Shown in pieces: positions 33,533 through 46,470 of a stretch of DNA of 64,000 nucleotides; positions within the stretch are counted from its first letter, which is position 1, and each line of letters opens with the position of its first letter. The notes beneath the pieces are model-generated. The model did no database searches and had not been told where the DNA came from. It saw nothing but the letters and a program-made list of their open reading frames with translations. Origin of the DNA: Rhodosorus marinus CCMP1338 (Eukaryota > Plantae > Rhodophyta); NCBI GenBank assembly GCA_029953675.1, contig JAMWBK010000010.1:1488001-1552000 (forward strand). The letters run 5' to 3'. A program made the translations under genes and the position numbers.

Positions 33533-36090
33533 TGCTTCTAAGCGATCTATACTCCTGCTACCATTCCCAATGCTAAAGACAACTTCAAAAGCTGCGCCCC
33601 GACTTTCTTCACCCACGCGTTCAAGACTGCGAACTCTGCGTAGAGCTCAATATGATAAATACCTCTTTTAGCGGCTTTGTTTCCCCCGCAAAACTAGTTC
33701 CTTTCGCAAAACTATTTCCGTTCGTTTCCGCCTTGGCAAGAAACACCGGAAAATACTCCCTACAACGGTATTTCGCCCTATATCCCCATCACCACGCCCC
33801 CCCCCCCCCTCTCGAAAGCCAACCCCTCTTTTCCTTCTCAAAATCTGGTTTGCGGATGTAATCCACCCCTTCCAATAACTTTGTTGAAATAAGCGCTGTT
33901 GTCAACCTGTTTCTTGACCATCTTCCGCGAGGTTGCCAACCTGCCGTATTTGGCTTCAACTTCTTGTTTGAACATCCACCTACCCTCCTACTCAGCGTAC
34001 AAAAATTTTCGACTCGATCCTCGCCCGAAGTTGAACAAAGTTTCAACCCTACTTATGGAAGCGAATCGAATTTCATATAGCTTCCAGGCTATCAAAATCC
34101 TCGAGTTTAGTATTTCCGCTCAATTCCATTAGGGTAGTGCTCTGTTTAACAAAAATGCGGATGAATTGTAGACTTCGTTTTTCCTTTGTGAGTACACGCC
34201 TCCGGTTGGCAGTTCCTAAACTGACGGAAAGTTCAACCACAGCGAACCCTGGGCTCCGCAAAAGCAAATTCTACTTCACATCAAAAGTATGTCGTCTATT
34301 TCCCTCCCCCCCCTCTATCTATGCCTCAACATTTGATTTTGTCGTGAAAACCCCTAATTAGAGAATCCGGTGGGCTCCGATTTTTTTTTCCTAAGCAGAA
34401 TGGAATCCGCTAAATTTATTCGGGCAAGAGGGAGTTTGATGACGACCTGTGGTGTGACAAGCTTCATGTAGATCTCTGCACGGGAACAGCTCTTGCTAGT
34501 GGTGGGTTCCAATACTTCTAGTCTATTCTAGAAAGTCGTTGGCCAATAGTGGCGAAGCAGGTTAACCTCCCTCTCGAGAAGCGCCACAAAAATATATGTC
34601 TCGGGTGCAATATTCAGTATTTTTTATATCTATTCACGTCTTTCTTTGCGCAAATACGGAATACGGAATCCAGCTGAACCTCAGGATTTGTTCAATATTT
34701 GTTTATTGTAAATTTATTCACCGATTTTCCGCTTTCCCCAAGTGCAAGTGGAGTTCCTTGACTACCAGTTCCGTATGACTACCCCTCTTCTCTGGAAGCG
34801 ACGGTTTTCACTCACTGTCTCTTTTTTAAGCTCCCTAACTACCCCGCAATAATCCGAGTGGAAAAAGCTCTTTTTGATGGTGCGGTAAGTTTCAGAAAAC
34901 TCACAATATAGGGGGTGTAGTCACCCTGAGATATTGCACCCCCAGGGTAAACATATGCACATCCGTGCTGGTTCCGTTTTTCCAACAAGATCGTTCGTGC
35001 ACAGTTTCTATTGGATCATATCGAATCCCACTAGACGTATCCGCTTTCTTAAGTTTCGCTATACACGCGCGAAAATATTCAAAAAAGAGCAACGGCAAAC
35101 GGGCAGCTAACGCCTTACCTCCCGCAGAAAAGTTTCTATGAATACGACTAAACACAATAGTTCAAATATTTCAAACATATTCGTCACTCTCCTGAGCTTC
35201 TCCTACCCCTCAGATACAAATTGACCTTAACTCATGATGTCCATTGTTGCTTTCGACCTTTGTGTCATCATATAACAATAAAAATTAAGGGGAGTTTTGT
35301 GAACAAAAAAAAAGGAGTCAGAGGTAACTTTTCAAAGAAAATCTTCTTTCTGAAGTGTTCCCCACCCTATCGATTTTTCATACATGTTTCTGTAGCCACA
35401 TATTTATTTATAATATGATAAAGCTTTCAGTAGACCGTTCGCTGACCCGGCCTTTGTCAGTTGCTCTATTTGCTAGAATAACCAGCCAAGAAAAGCTTAT
35501 CCCCTTTCTTCTCTTGGAGCAGTTCCATTCTTGAAACTTACGAGAGCCTTTTCAATTACGCGATGAGCCTATTGCAACTCGGTGGCGTACGTGCGAGCTA
35601 TCTTTCGGAGCCTGCAACAGGGCGAATACTTGCACAATGTCTGGGCCACTCTCACCCGAAATTCTGCAGACCAGTGGGGGCTACGAAAAATATGGCCACG
35701 GTCGCTCCGAAATTCTGCGGAAGCGCAGAGGGAGCGAATTGTGGTCTATGCAATTTTTCGTCCTCAAGTTCGTCCTTTTTTTTTCTCTAGCTTTGCTATG
35801 GAGGTGAGCGAGGCAGGCGGCGAGCTGCAGAGCACCTTAGTTTTTCGGAAAGCTCAGAGTTGAGCCCTGTCGGAAAGCGAGGAGTGCTCCTTGGGGGTGA
35901 GAAATGGTTGTTCTCCCCCTTCAGAAATCCTTTGGAAGAGTCGTTTTTGCTCTGGGATTCCAGCACGGGGAGAGGTAGGGTCATAATATTTTCCGGCGTA
36001 CAACGACAGCTGTCCTGATCGGTCGCGCGAGCAGGCTAAAAATGGGAGTTCGGTTCGGGGCTGGGAGGACAACGGGAACTTTTTAGTTAT

Positions 36091-39000
36091 TTACTGTGCA
36101 ATAGTTATAGACACCAAAGGCTCGGAAATTCGAGGCAGTTCCGAGAGCTCTACAGGAATAGCTTGAGCAGCTAGTCCCTGTTTAATAGCTTTCCTCACTT
36201 GCTCTCGTGCTTGCTCAGCTGGAAAATCCTTGGACCGGCAGAGCTCACGGTACACTTCAGACACTGGCTCCTGTACACGCGTTTGATGCTCATCAACAAA
36301 CGACCTTCAAGACGCAAAAAAATATCACTTGAGACATGCATCCTCTTCTTGAGCGAAAAGCTTGCCCAGGCTAGTGGAAACTCCAACATACCTCAGGTTC
36401 AGAATAGTCTCCGTTTCTAACTTCTTCTGCTTGTCTGCAACAAATCCTGCACCAACAGCGAGGTTCAGGAGCTCCACAGACGCAGCTGCAGCGAAGGACT
36501 TCACTTGAATGGAGGCCTTTCCTTTCATACCACTTGACATGTGGGACATGAATTGCTCGCAACTATTGACCAGATCATCAGTTTTTGCTCCAAGATCGTC
36601 ATTCCCACGGTGCACAGTCTCGCGCATGGATCGCACCAGAGCAAGGTACACGACACCTGCGAACTGCAACAGCTCCGTTTCATCCTTCGGTCCTGTCTCA
36701 AGCATATGCTCCAGCGCCTTATTGAGGTCCGCAACAATTCTCGCTGACGGGCAAACGCTCGATGATTCCAACGTGGCTTGAAGGCCGGACACCAGTTTCA
36801 CGACCCGGCTTGATGCTCCTCTTCCGCCCCTGCCCTGAGCGTCCTCCAGCTTCGCCTCTTGTCCCTTCCAAAAGCGCTCTATTATTGCGGTTGAATTTGA
36901 TTCTGAACTTGTCTGCTCGCCATATCGCGTCAGACTGCTGAAGCATGCTTCCAAAAGTTCTGCAGAAGCAGGATGTCTGTTCATCGATTCCTCAACGGCA
37001 AGTACTAGCCCCTCGAGTTCAGAGCCCAAGCCAGCTAGCTTGAAGTAACTGAACTCCAGTCGCGTAAAGAGCTCGATCAGAAGTTGTGTCATGTCTGCAT
37101 CACCTTTGTTCCTTTCCATAAGTCCACGTAGCCGCGGAGCTATCTCGGCTGTGAACTCTTTCAACCACGTTTTCTTCGCCTGCGCTCCACCGAGGCGATC
37201 TCGCGCGGGGTTGTCCATCATACTGACAATACACGCAAGATACCGGGCCGTTACCAGCTGCTCTTTTGGAGCCAGCAGATCGTCCTCAAGCAAGTCAATG
37301 ACAGTCTTCCAGGACCTGAGAGCCGGAAGTTCATTCCACAGACACTCACTCAAGGCCTCGATGTAGTGTCGACTACCACCTTCTGCTTCTATTGTCAGCC
37401 TTACAAGTGACATGCAGATGTTTGACTCACGCCGGTCAGCTATGCTGGAGTTCACTCTAGAGTCTCGCGATCTAGATCTACGGACGGCTGGCGCCGACTG
37501 CGATGCTGCCTCCTGGTTTAAAATGAAACTCACGTAGCTGCTCATGTACGACCCAACGGCTTTGTAGAATTGGGGACTCGCCTCCTCAAGAACCATTTTT
37601 AGAATGTGTTGGTGCTGGGAAACCGTTAAGAGTTCATACTGCATGAGGTCCTCGAGCAGATTCACTGCAGCCGACGATACTTCAAACGATTGATCTTCAC
37701 ACATCTCCAAGAACCGTCCAGTCGATTTCGAAATGAAGTCCCGCGTGCGGTCAAAGCCTAAGGATCTCAATATGTTTTGCGCTGTTGCGAGCGCCGCCAA
37801 ACGGACATTCGCGATCTTGTCATAGAACAGCGCCCCAATGGCTGCTGTGTTTGTATCAACAAAAAAGAAGGCGAAGTTCTCTCGGACCCACTTTTCCATT
37901 GCTTTCGAGCAGATTGATCTTAGGTCCGGAAAAGAGTCTCGAATTCGCTTTCTCCATACTCCGGCAACAACTTGGTCCATCCACAAATTCAAGGAGCCAC
38001 ACTGGCTACTCATTTCGTTCAGTTTCTTCTCAATGTCAGCGGCTTTCCCACCTCTAGCCTGTGCTCTACGTCTTTCCTGATTCCTCGCGATCTCCAACTG
38101 TTGCGACATGCTTGCCTGAGCTGTTGTGTTCTTTTTCAAGACCTGAATGATTCCATCAACAAATCCAATTGCAGCAACCGTCGCCGCTAGCCGCAGGCTT
38201 GCGCAATGCACAATCGACATGCTCTGTAGAAGCTGGATTACTCTGGGCACGGTCTCCATACCGTACAGCAGCGCATCATCACAGTCTCGAGCAATTCTTG
38301 AGAAAAACTCTCCCAGAGCTGACCGAAAACGCCTTGAGCTCCTTTCTTTTTTCAACAGAAAAGGGGCCTGGCATTTCGAAACGTCTGACACCACGCCCTC
38401 CAGAAACTCTTCAAATTCTGCTCCCTCAAGCTGATCTTCCCGCAGCACTGTGACGTGCAAGCCTTCCTGACCCCTAGCACCTCTGATTACGAGATCAACA
38501 ACTTCTACAAGAGCGCTGTTTTGGTTCTTCCGCGCCCTCTTCTGCCAGTTTGAAACTGTTGTCGCCAGGGCGTTTGGGTAAAGCATTATTTGCTATTAGA
38601 TATACGGAATCAAAAAGATGACAAGAGTTTCGTTGGTTAGAACAAGAGCTGCAAGTAGCGTATCTAAAGAGTTCAACGGGAAAATACTCTTCAGCAGAGC
38701 ATATGCATACCTCAAAAAGAGAGATGCTGTTGTGATTGCCTCTTCTCCTGGTCCTCACCGGTCGCTCAACTTCTCTGGCTCGGGTCTCAGCTTCTGTGAA
38801 AGAGACAGAGCCTCTTGTTCTCTTTGATCCGGCTGTTTCCTTCTCGCTCGAATTTTCTGCATCGGGAGAGGCCGTCTGTGACGTGTCCACCGCTGTTTCT
38901 TCAGAAGGTCTGCTTCTAGTGGACATCCTACGCGGGGCCGTTCCATCGGAGCGAGCACTATTTCTGTCACCCGATGCTTCGATTCGTGCAAGATCTTTCT

Positions 39001-39323
39001 GTGGAGTTTCTAGCGCCGCTGCCTCTTCAGATTTCCTGCTTCGAGTGACTATTCTTTGTGACGCTGTCTCTCCAAGTGCCCTGGATGGTCGCTTCCTGTG
39101 GCCCTTAGGGCCCTCAGGAGGACATGGTGCTCCCCCACTTTTCTGCCGTGGTGTCCGTTCATCGGAACTAACCTGATCATTAGCTGACCGGGTTGTCGTG
39201 AACAGCTCACGAGAAGATCTCCTTGTCTTCTGTCATTGGAAACCAGCGAGACAAATTGTCAAAGCAACTTCAGCCATTTGAAAACTCTAAATGCATGCAA
39301 CTACGTCGACAGCTACTCACCAT
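36091..39323 (-). CDS. Divergent cohesin subunit SA/STAG (SCC3) homolog, multi-exon; 3' end uncertain
   Basis: STAG domain LRLAATVAAIGFVD and SCD region RIRDSFPDLRSICSKAMEKW...YDKIANVRLAAL. ATG-only exon 1 at 39321-39323 with a low-complexity N-terminus. An intron after ILNLR joins RSFVDEHQ. Confidence 0.85.
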
Positions 39324-40232
39324 GACCACGTGCTTTACCTCCTGAAGTCACTTCACACGCCAGAAAACAAAACCCCTGCTCCACTTTTCAGACTCAACCA
39401 GCTCCAACTCTTGCATAAACCTCCCCCGCCCTCCCCCCCCTCCCCCGCACAACCTCAAACCCAATGAACATAAACCTTCCACATCATCACCTTCAAACCC
39501 GTCCTCTTCCTATGTACTTGGAACTTCAGCCTTTCAAGCTTAGGAGTTGGCCACAAGCGAAAAAAGTCTGTCAACTCTTCTTTCCCCCAAAGTTACCAAA
39601 GTAACATTCTCCAGCCTAGGCGTGTCCCACCTTGGCCAACAAAATCCTCCTTTTTAGCGGGTATTCCAGTTACATGCGATAAATCCCACCACAATCGCGC
39701 TTCTACATCCTCGTTTCGATTCGCTATTGAAATATAGATTTTTCTCGGGGTACTGCTGCATCGTACGTTTAATTTTTATTACAAGACAAACTAAAATGCT
39801 TGTGATCAGATTTGCCGGGAATAGTATCTACTGGATAATTTTACATGTATCACTGAGTAATTTGAACCTTGAATTCCATGCATCATTAAAAACGATATAC
39901 TCAACATTTATTTTATATATCTACTCGAATACTGAAATAATAACGAGATGTATCCGTATTTGTGAGAAATATATCCTGTATTTACGATATAGAACATCCA
40001 TGACGGAGGGGTGACCCTTGCTAGGTTACTTCGTCGGCTACGGGATGTGGCTTAGCGATATATGTCCATAATGTGCTTGACTAGGGTGGAGCGGATTGGG
40101 GAGAAATCGAGATGGAATTCTGGCATTATGAATTCCTAACGAGGTCTTTGTACGCGACGGTTTGTTCTTTCTGTGAAGTGGTGTCTTTGTGCGTGCTTCG
40201 GGGTGGTTTCTGATTGTGTTTAGCGCTTGAGG

Positions 40233-41790
40233 ATGGTAGGTACTAAACAATTGGGCACGGTTTTTTTAAACCAAGACTGAGCCGTTCATCGTTGTGTGAC
40301 ATGCGGTGTAGGGGAGGAAGAAGAGGGCCAACGCTCGCGGAGTTCGCGTGGAGATTGTCCCAGGCCTGAAAACGGACGAGCCGAGGAAAACTGAGGTATT
40401 TTAGGAGCCTTTTAGTTGCATTTACGTAGCTTCATAGTGTACCATTTGTCAGGGAACTAGGAGTCTTACTTGTTCTCTTTGTGAATATTTCTCAAAGGAG
40501 CTTGGAGAGCAAGAGGACTGGGACCTTGCTGGATACGGTATCACAAATGATGGGCACGATTATAGCAAACATTTCAAAGAAGAGTTTGAAGGGGCAACTT
40601 TCATTGCCGCGACTGGTGCAGAAGATGCTACTCTGCAGCAGCTGCTCGAGAAGGATGAAATTGAAAATCTGAAGCAACTCGAACGTGAGAGGTTGGAGAA
40701 TCCAGAGCTCAATGAGGTTATGGCGCTGTTAGAGTCTGGCTCTGAGGACGATGATGATGGTGATTTAGCTTCTGTAGAGGAGGAAGAAGCATATGGCGGT
40801 CCTTCCTCAGAGTCCGAAATCGGTATCCCTGACAATTTTGTTGTCACAGCTAATGGAGGCGAGACTGTTGTTGCTCCGCCGCTAAAGGCTGGAGCACTTG
40901 CTAAACTCGCCAAGGAACCCAAAGGACTTGGGACTGGCGCATCTGCACCGAACCCGTACCTCGAGGCAGGCATGCGTGACCGCCTCCTCGACGAGGAATT
41001 GGATGACTCGGAAGAACTCGATAGCTCTGCTCAGAAAGGAACAACCACCTCCTCGAACGCGGGATTCGTCCCTAAAGCACTAGGGACGAATCCTGCGTTC
41101 GAGGACGGACGGAAACAGCGGTTACTAGATGAGCAGTTCGACATGTTCATGGAAGGATACGAAGAAGGAGATTCTTTTGAAGCAGAGGAAACTAGTGAAG
41201 AGGACGAAGAAAAGGTTCTAGAAAGAGCCCAAAAGGACCTCAGGCTGATGGAAGGGCCTATGGACGAATTTTTGGTCAAAGTGAACGATCTAAACCTTGC
41301 TGAGAGAGCCCGTGACTACGCCAGATTGGAGGATTTGGCGGAAAACGTTGACGGCGATGATGAGCGTGACCTGGAAATTGTCGAGGTCGTGAAGGAACGT
41401 GACGAGTGGGATTGTGAGACAGTACTTAGCACTTATTCGAACCTGGATAATCACCCGAAGCTGATAGCCATGCCAGCAGCAAGACGAAAACCAATCGTTC
41501 TCGACCAGAAACTCAAAGCTCCGGCCGAATTCATCCCAGTTCGCGGTGCAGCTCGTCAAGAACCAGACGGATCTACGCAGGTGCAAACCGTGCCAACCAT
41601 TGTACAGAAGCGTGAAAAGGGGGAAACACCGGAACAGCGCAGAGAACGAAAGGAAGGTGTGAAGGCAGCTAAACGGGATCGACGCAATACCAAAAAGGAG
41701 ATGCGGCAGGAATTCCAGAAGGAAAGTACTCGTCAGGCGAGAAGCTCTGCGGCAATGGGAACCTCAAAGGTGTTGGTCCACTACTCTTAG
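40233..41790 (+). CDS. LTV1: 40S ribosome biogenesis factor LTV1, three exons
   Basis: M|GRKKR; GITNDGHDYSKHF; EWDCETVLSTYSNLDNHPKLI; REKGETPEQRRERKEGVKAAKRDRRNTKK. Confidence 0.92.
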
Positions 41791-42719
41791 GCATAAGTAC
41801 ATATTCGTTTATTTTGGAAATTCTTGTTGGAGAATATTGTACAAGGACGTCGGCCGCTCGCGTACAGCTTGTTCTTGGAGATGTACAATCGGGCGTTCTC
41901 GTATACAGAGTACCATATGGCAGAACCTGCGGCTACCCATACCATTCTCGGGATTGTGCCTTTCCAAAGCGCTAGCACTCCTTCTTCACTGACTGTTCGC
42001 CGAAACGCGTCAAGCCAACTTGTATACCCCATTTTCGTCATAAGGCGCGTCTTCACGACATCAAGTGGCTCTGTCATCACTGACGTAAGCATTCCGGTGA
42101 GTGCGCCGACGGCAACATTCTCCCAGCCTTCGAGGTCCCTTCCCCCTTTTAGTCGACGGCCTACCACTTTGACCTGCTCCAAAATTGTGAACTGTACCAT
42201 ATTATAAGGAACGTCATAAAGTAAAGAAGCTTGTGCTTGCCCCCACAAAGCAAAGATGCTGCCACCATTCCCGACTGTCAAAGTCAATGCTTCCCATGCC
42301 GAGCTATAAACACCGACCTGTGTCCTCTTCTTTATGAGGTCCACAGGAGTTCGAACAAGTGAGCCACAAACCCCGGCAACGGTTCCCGCCGTCAGATGCC
42401 TAAAAAAGGGTGGCATATCATCTGGAAGAGATCTCTTCGTAATTTCATAGCTCGGCATGTACACCATTGAAACAGGAATCGCTCCAATCAATGATGTTGC
42501 GACTCCTCGATAGAGACCACCAATACCCTCCGCTCTAATGAACTGCATCACGTGCATCGCTGGGTCCTTGAACTCGACCTCGGAAGTCAGGCGCAGATAC
42601 TGCAGCCGGGTTTTCACAGTATCTACTGGATGCAACACAACCTTCTGAGAAAGGGAAGCAGCCGCCGAGGCGGTCTGGAAATCACCCAACTCCAACCGCT
42701 TCTCTTTCTCCATGGCCAT
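41787..42719 (-). CDS. Mitochondrial carrier family protein, S-adenosylmethionine-carrier-like
   Basis: Three PxDxxKxR repeats (HPVDTVKTRLQ, TPVDLIKKR, EPLDVVKTRL), GLYRG and LWKGTIPR. Confidence 0.9.
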   Translation of the reverse strand: MAMEKEKRLELGDFQTASAAASLSQKVVLHPVDTVKTRLQYLRLTSEVEFKDPAMHVMQFIRAEGIGGLYRGVATSLIGAIPVSMVYMPSYEITKRSLPDDMPPFFRHLTAGTVAGVCGSLVRTPVDLIKKRTQVGVYSSAWEALTLTVGNGGSIFALWGQAQASLLYDVPYNMVQFTILEQVKVVGRRLKGGRDLEGWENVAVGALTGMLTSVMTEPLDVVKTRLMTKMGYTSWLDAFRRTVSEEGVLALWKGTIPRMVWVAAGSAIWYSVYENARLYISKNKLYASGRRPCTIFSNKNFQNKRICTYA

Positions 42720-43529
42720 TGTTCAATCCCCACCAAGCGTACTTACTTACTTACAACCAACAAAAATGCCCGCAATCCAAATACTCCAATCCGAAATACT
42801 ACAGAGTCGCTCAACATACCTCAGGACGTTTCCAACCTCATCGCCTGTCCATCATGAAATTCAGAATGTCACATTAATCGGGCTATCCAATCCATACAAT
42901 ATCAATCCCATTCACCAGGTTATACTTCCACCCCACCCCCAGTAGTAATCACGGCTATTGCGACCGCTCACTGCTCTACATCGAATCTTGACGCTTTCCA
43001 AACCTCCCTAATTCCGCTCTTAACGACCGAACGGGAAAGAGGGTAATGAGGGTGTAATGAACGAAAAAACATGAAACTAACATCAACAAGCCCAATATCC
43101 AATACTCAATCTGCTCCGACAGACGAGCCGCGCCCTGGTAGGATAGTTTAGTACAATTGATGACGTGCTCTGCAGGTTCCGTTCATTGTGACTGTCAGTA
43201 GGAGCACTCGTCCAGCTAGGTTGTCGCCGGTTCGCTCGGTTGTTTCAGCACCCGTTTCCACTTAATCGTTTCAAAAGAAGACAATTCTGATCAACAGTCC
43301 GGTGATAAGGCTCGCTTATCGTCAAGATCACTGAAGAAGTAGAGTACGTTAGACTCTGTCTGAAGCGCGCGGTGATCTGTGTACGCGAAAGGCGTCCATA
43401 TAGATTGAATGGACTGGAAAGTAGAATGCGGGGCTGCTGGATAGAGAGGAACAAGTGCATGGAGGCAAGTTTTTTTGCTTGGCTTCGTACTTCTCGTGTT
43501 TGTCTCCGAACAGTGTACAAGCTGGAGGG

Positions 43530-43882
43530 ATGACCTCCAAAGAGGACGGATTCGATCCCACGAAGCTCTGCGCAGAAGCGAAGCAGAAGTATAACGCGTG
43601 TTTTTCGAGGTGGTATCGAAAGTCGTTCCTGGACATGGGACGTCCTGGTTCGGTGAGGCGGTTGTTGCTTGATGGAAAATTCTAGCCTGGTGTACTTTGA
43701 TACTCATGCTGCGCCCCAAACGTTTGTGGCCTTGCTTTGTTGGACAGGGTGAAGGAGTCTGTCAGGTGGAATGGAACGAGTATGAGAGATGCATAAAGCT
43801 GATGCTGAAGAAGAGAAAGCTGGAGCACTTGTTGGAAGAGCAGGCAAAACTCGAGGCGAGAGTGGGAAAAGATTCGAGATAA
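43530..43882 (+). CDS. TRIAP1: Mdm35/TRIAP1 mitochondrial intermembrane lipid-transfer partner, two exons
   Basis: CAEAKQKYNACFSRWYRKSFL...CQVEWNEYERCIKLML, twin CX9C pattern. Confidence 0.88.
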
Positions 43883-44555
43883 GGCGTGTAGCCCTTGCGT
43901 ATAAGCACCGCCTTGCCATCCGCCTTTTCTCAACTATAGACCCGTGAGCGTGTTCGTACGTTAACTGAAGGAAGCTTGTACACTAGTCTGTTTCCGAGAA
44001 GCGGGGCCCTGACCCGAATAGAAAGTCTGCGTGCTTCACTCCTATGCGTGATCGCAGGAGTGAGCTTCAATTTTAAAGCTAGACGCGACATCGGCCGTCT
44101 CCACCATCTGGTTCGACTTACGACTATTGGTCGGGGCGTAGATCTGCCCCCGACCTTGAATAGGTTTGAACTGTACTGGCACGTATTCGTCGATCTGGAG
44201 AATGAACCGTCTCAATGTCCACCGCTCCGTGTACTCGCAGAAGAACTTGCGCTTAATGTTTCCAAGGAGTCTTTGAATACGTCGATATGTTGGAACGCAA
44301 AACGAAGCAGAGCACAGGCTGGAAAGATTGGGCCCCCGTAGCAAAGCACGCGTCAAAGGCATTCCACCCCTCTGTTGGGTTCCCGACAAGTCATGTTTTA
44401 CTGTACAAGGCTCGTTCTTAAACAGGAGAGCCGTCAACGCAGTTACTCCGATGCCCTTACCGCCCGGCTACAGATCCCTATCACATACTTTTTCCTGCCA
44501 TGCGCGAGCACCGCAACCGCAAACTATTGGCAGCGGGGGGATACGTTCCCAATAT

Positions 44556-46470
44556 CTATCCTTGTCTTTCAGCGTGGTAGCTGTTCGCAACGCCGTCGTA
44601 TCCATCTTCACCTTGTCGTCCTCCCTCGCCGCCCGTTTGGGGGGTTTCCATGTTATTTCCAGATGCGCCACTTAACGCCGGGGTCTCTACCATTCGTCTC
44701 GAAGAATTTCCGAGCGGTGGAGTTCCCGCTGGGTCGCCATACTCTGGCATCTCAACTCCACGCAGTCCATCCGCTGAGATCCTCGCATCAACGCTCACTT
44801 CCGGCATCGGTGGGCTCAGATTCTCCCTCGACCCTTGGAGCGCAGGAGAATACGTCAATACGGGTGACAAAATATTCGGGGAAATGTTCCGGTCCCCGTT
44901 TGCACTGGCCCTCTGCCGGTTGAGCTTTCGCCTTTTTCTTCGAACCACAGCGGCGTTGAACCGAGCTTCAGAATTCGTCCAATCAAAGTTCTGGTATATT
45001 ATAGTTGGCAGCACCGCAGCATCGTTTAAAAGCTCCGTCATGCGAACCTGTAAATCACGCTTGAGATAGCCGCTAATCCATCGGAGAAGGTTACGCTCCG
45101 GCCTCGGGAAATCATCGCTGTACCAGCTGAATATCCGGGGTAGGGTGACTTCCTTCTTCGCAGCGTCAATCTGGATTTAGAAACAAGCGCTTAGGCGGAT
45201 TATCAGCACTTCCACGTCGAGCAGAAAATATGATTGTAGACCTCCTGACGGAGCGAGGCTATGTGTGCGAAGATTTTCTTCATGTGGCAAGACTAACCTT
45301 CACAGTTTTCTTCAGGAACTCTTCTGTAGCGTCGTTCAACTCTTCATGTAAATTCTCCATATCCACAATTCGAATTGGAGGATCAGAAGGGGTTCCAGCT
45401 GAGATGACGCAATGAATTCGTTCCTCTCGTCGGGTTAGTACGTGTTGACACTTTGGATCACTCGGCCGTAACTGTTGCATAAACCTATTCGAAGGGATAG
45501 TTGTAAAGAGAGTAGGTCTTAGCTAAATTCTCTCCGAGGGCACCTAATACGAGTCTTTCGACCAAAGAAACGCTAAGCTCGCGCCAAGCTCCACACACCT
45601 AAGGCTTGGAGGCCTCTTATTCCCTCTCAGTATGCCGTGCTCTATATCATCCAGGGTATAGTCCAAACCACCAATTCGATAGGCCATTCCTCGAAAGAAG
45701 GACATTCTCTTCAGAAAATTCGTAGGTGCCCCATACAATACATGTCCATGAAGGCACAAAGCGTTGTAAATATTCACGAAAAAGGCAAGCCGTTCCTCCG
45801 AGTCCAGACTCGAGATCTCGACAGCTTGCAGTTCAGCCGCACTTAAAACGTAGTGTCGAAAAGCCTCGCTGCGAGCAAGCGCAGCGTAGTCTATCTCCCC
45901 TGCGGCAGGATCTGTGGAGACCTTCTTCTCCAGTATATTTCGACGGTGCTCTTCGCACAAGCAGGCTAGTCTCGTGATTGTTTCCACGGAGACGTCAACT
46001 GCGAAGCGAGCTTTGCGAGTAGAATCCCACACTCTCTTCATATTCAGCACGCTTGTCTGCTCATCCTCCTGGAAGCGGTAAAAGTAATAATCGTCTGCGA
46101 ATGGCTCCGATCGCATAACGTGGTGCAAGATACCCGCGTCAAGTAGCTTTTGGCCAAGTTCAACTGCTTCTGTTCTATCAATATTTCCCTCCACATTCTT
46201 CACCAGCCAGTCGACAAGCTCACTCCCAACAAAGCACATTTGGTACGTCAAGAGCCTCCATCTACGGTCTTCAATCGCAACGCCACCATCAGTCTCGCGC
46301 ATTTTGCTATATAACTCCTCAAAGTTCGGAATTGGATAATCCGACGTTTCTGGAATTGGACCCTGTGGTTCTTCGCTCAGTCTCGGCGTCGATACGTCAG
46401 CTTCAACAGACGCAAACGTTGGGACTACTTGCTCGGCCCTCGATCGCTTCCTAGGAGGAACCGCCGCCAT
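44556..46470 (-). CDS. DEP domain + DUF547 protein, multi-exon
   Basis: DEP: DRRWRLLTYQMCFVGSELVDWL...AVELGQKLLDAGILHHV...FADDYYFYRF. DUF547: RLAFFVNIYNAL...YTLDDIEHGILRGN. Then VTLPRIFSWYSDDF and IIYQNFDWT. Confidence 0.9.

Noticed and set aside
34901-35155. RRIRFLKFRYTRAK-type segment, suggesting a TnpB/Fanzor remnant
   Set aside because: No RuvC motifs or zinc finger, and no element ends visible.
43291-43719. AYTDHRAL, resembling the gypsy RNase H TDH motif
   Set aside because: An isolated motif in an ORF antisense to TRIAP1, with no other pol domains.
43976-44437. Overlapping 121-aa (+) and 131-aa (-) ORFs between TRIAP1 and the DEP gene, with a faint resemblance to a mitoribosomal L51/S25/B8 domain
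   Set aside because: The coding strand and family could not be decided, so a small gene remains possible but unsupported.
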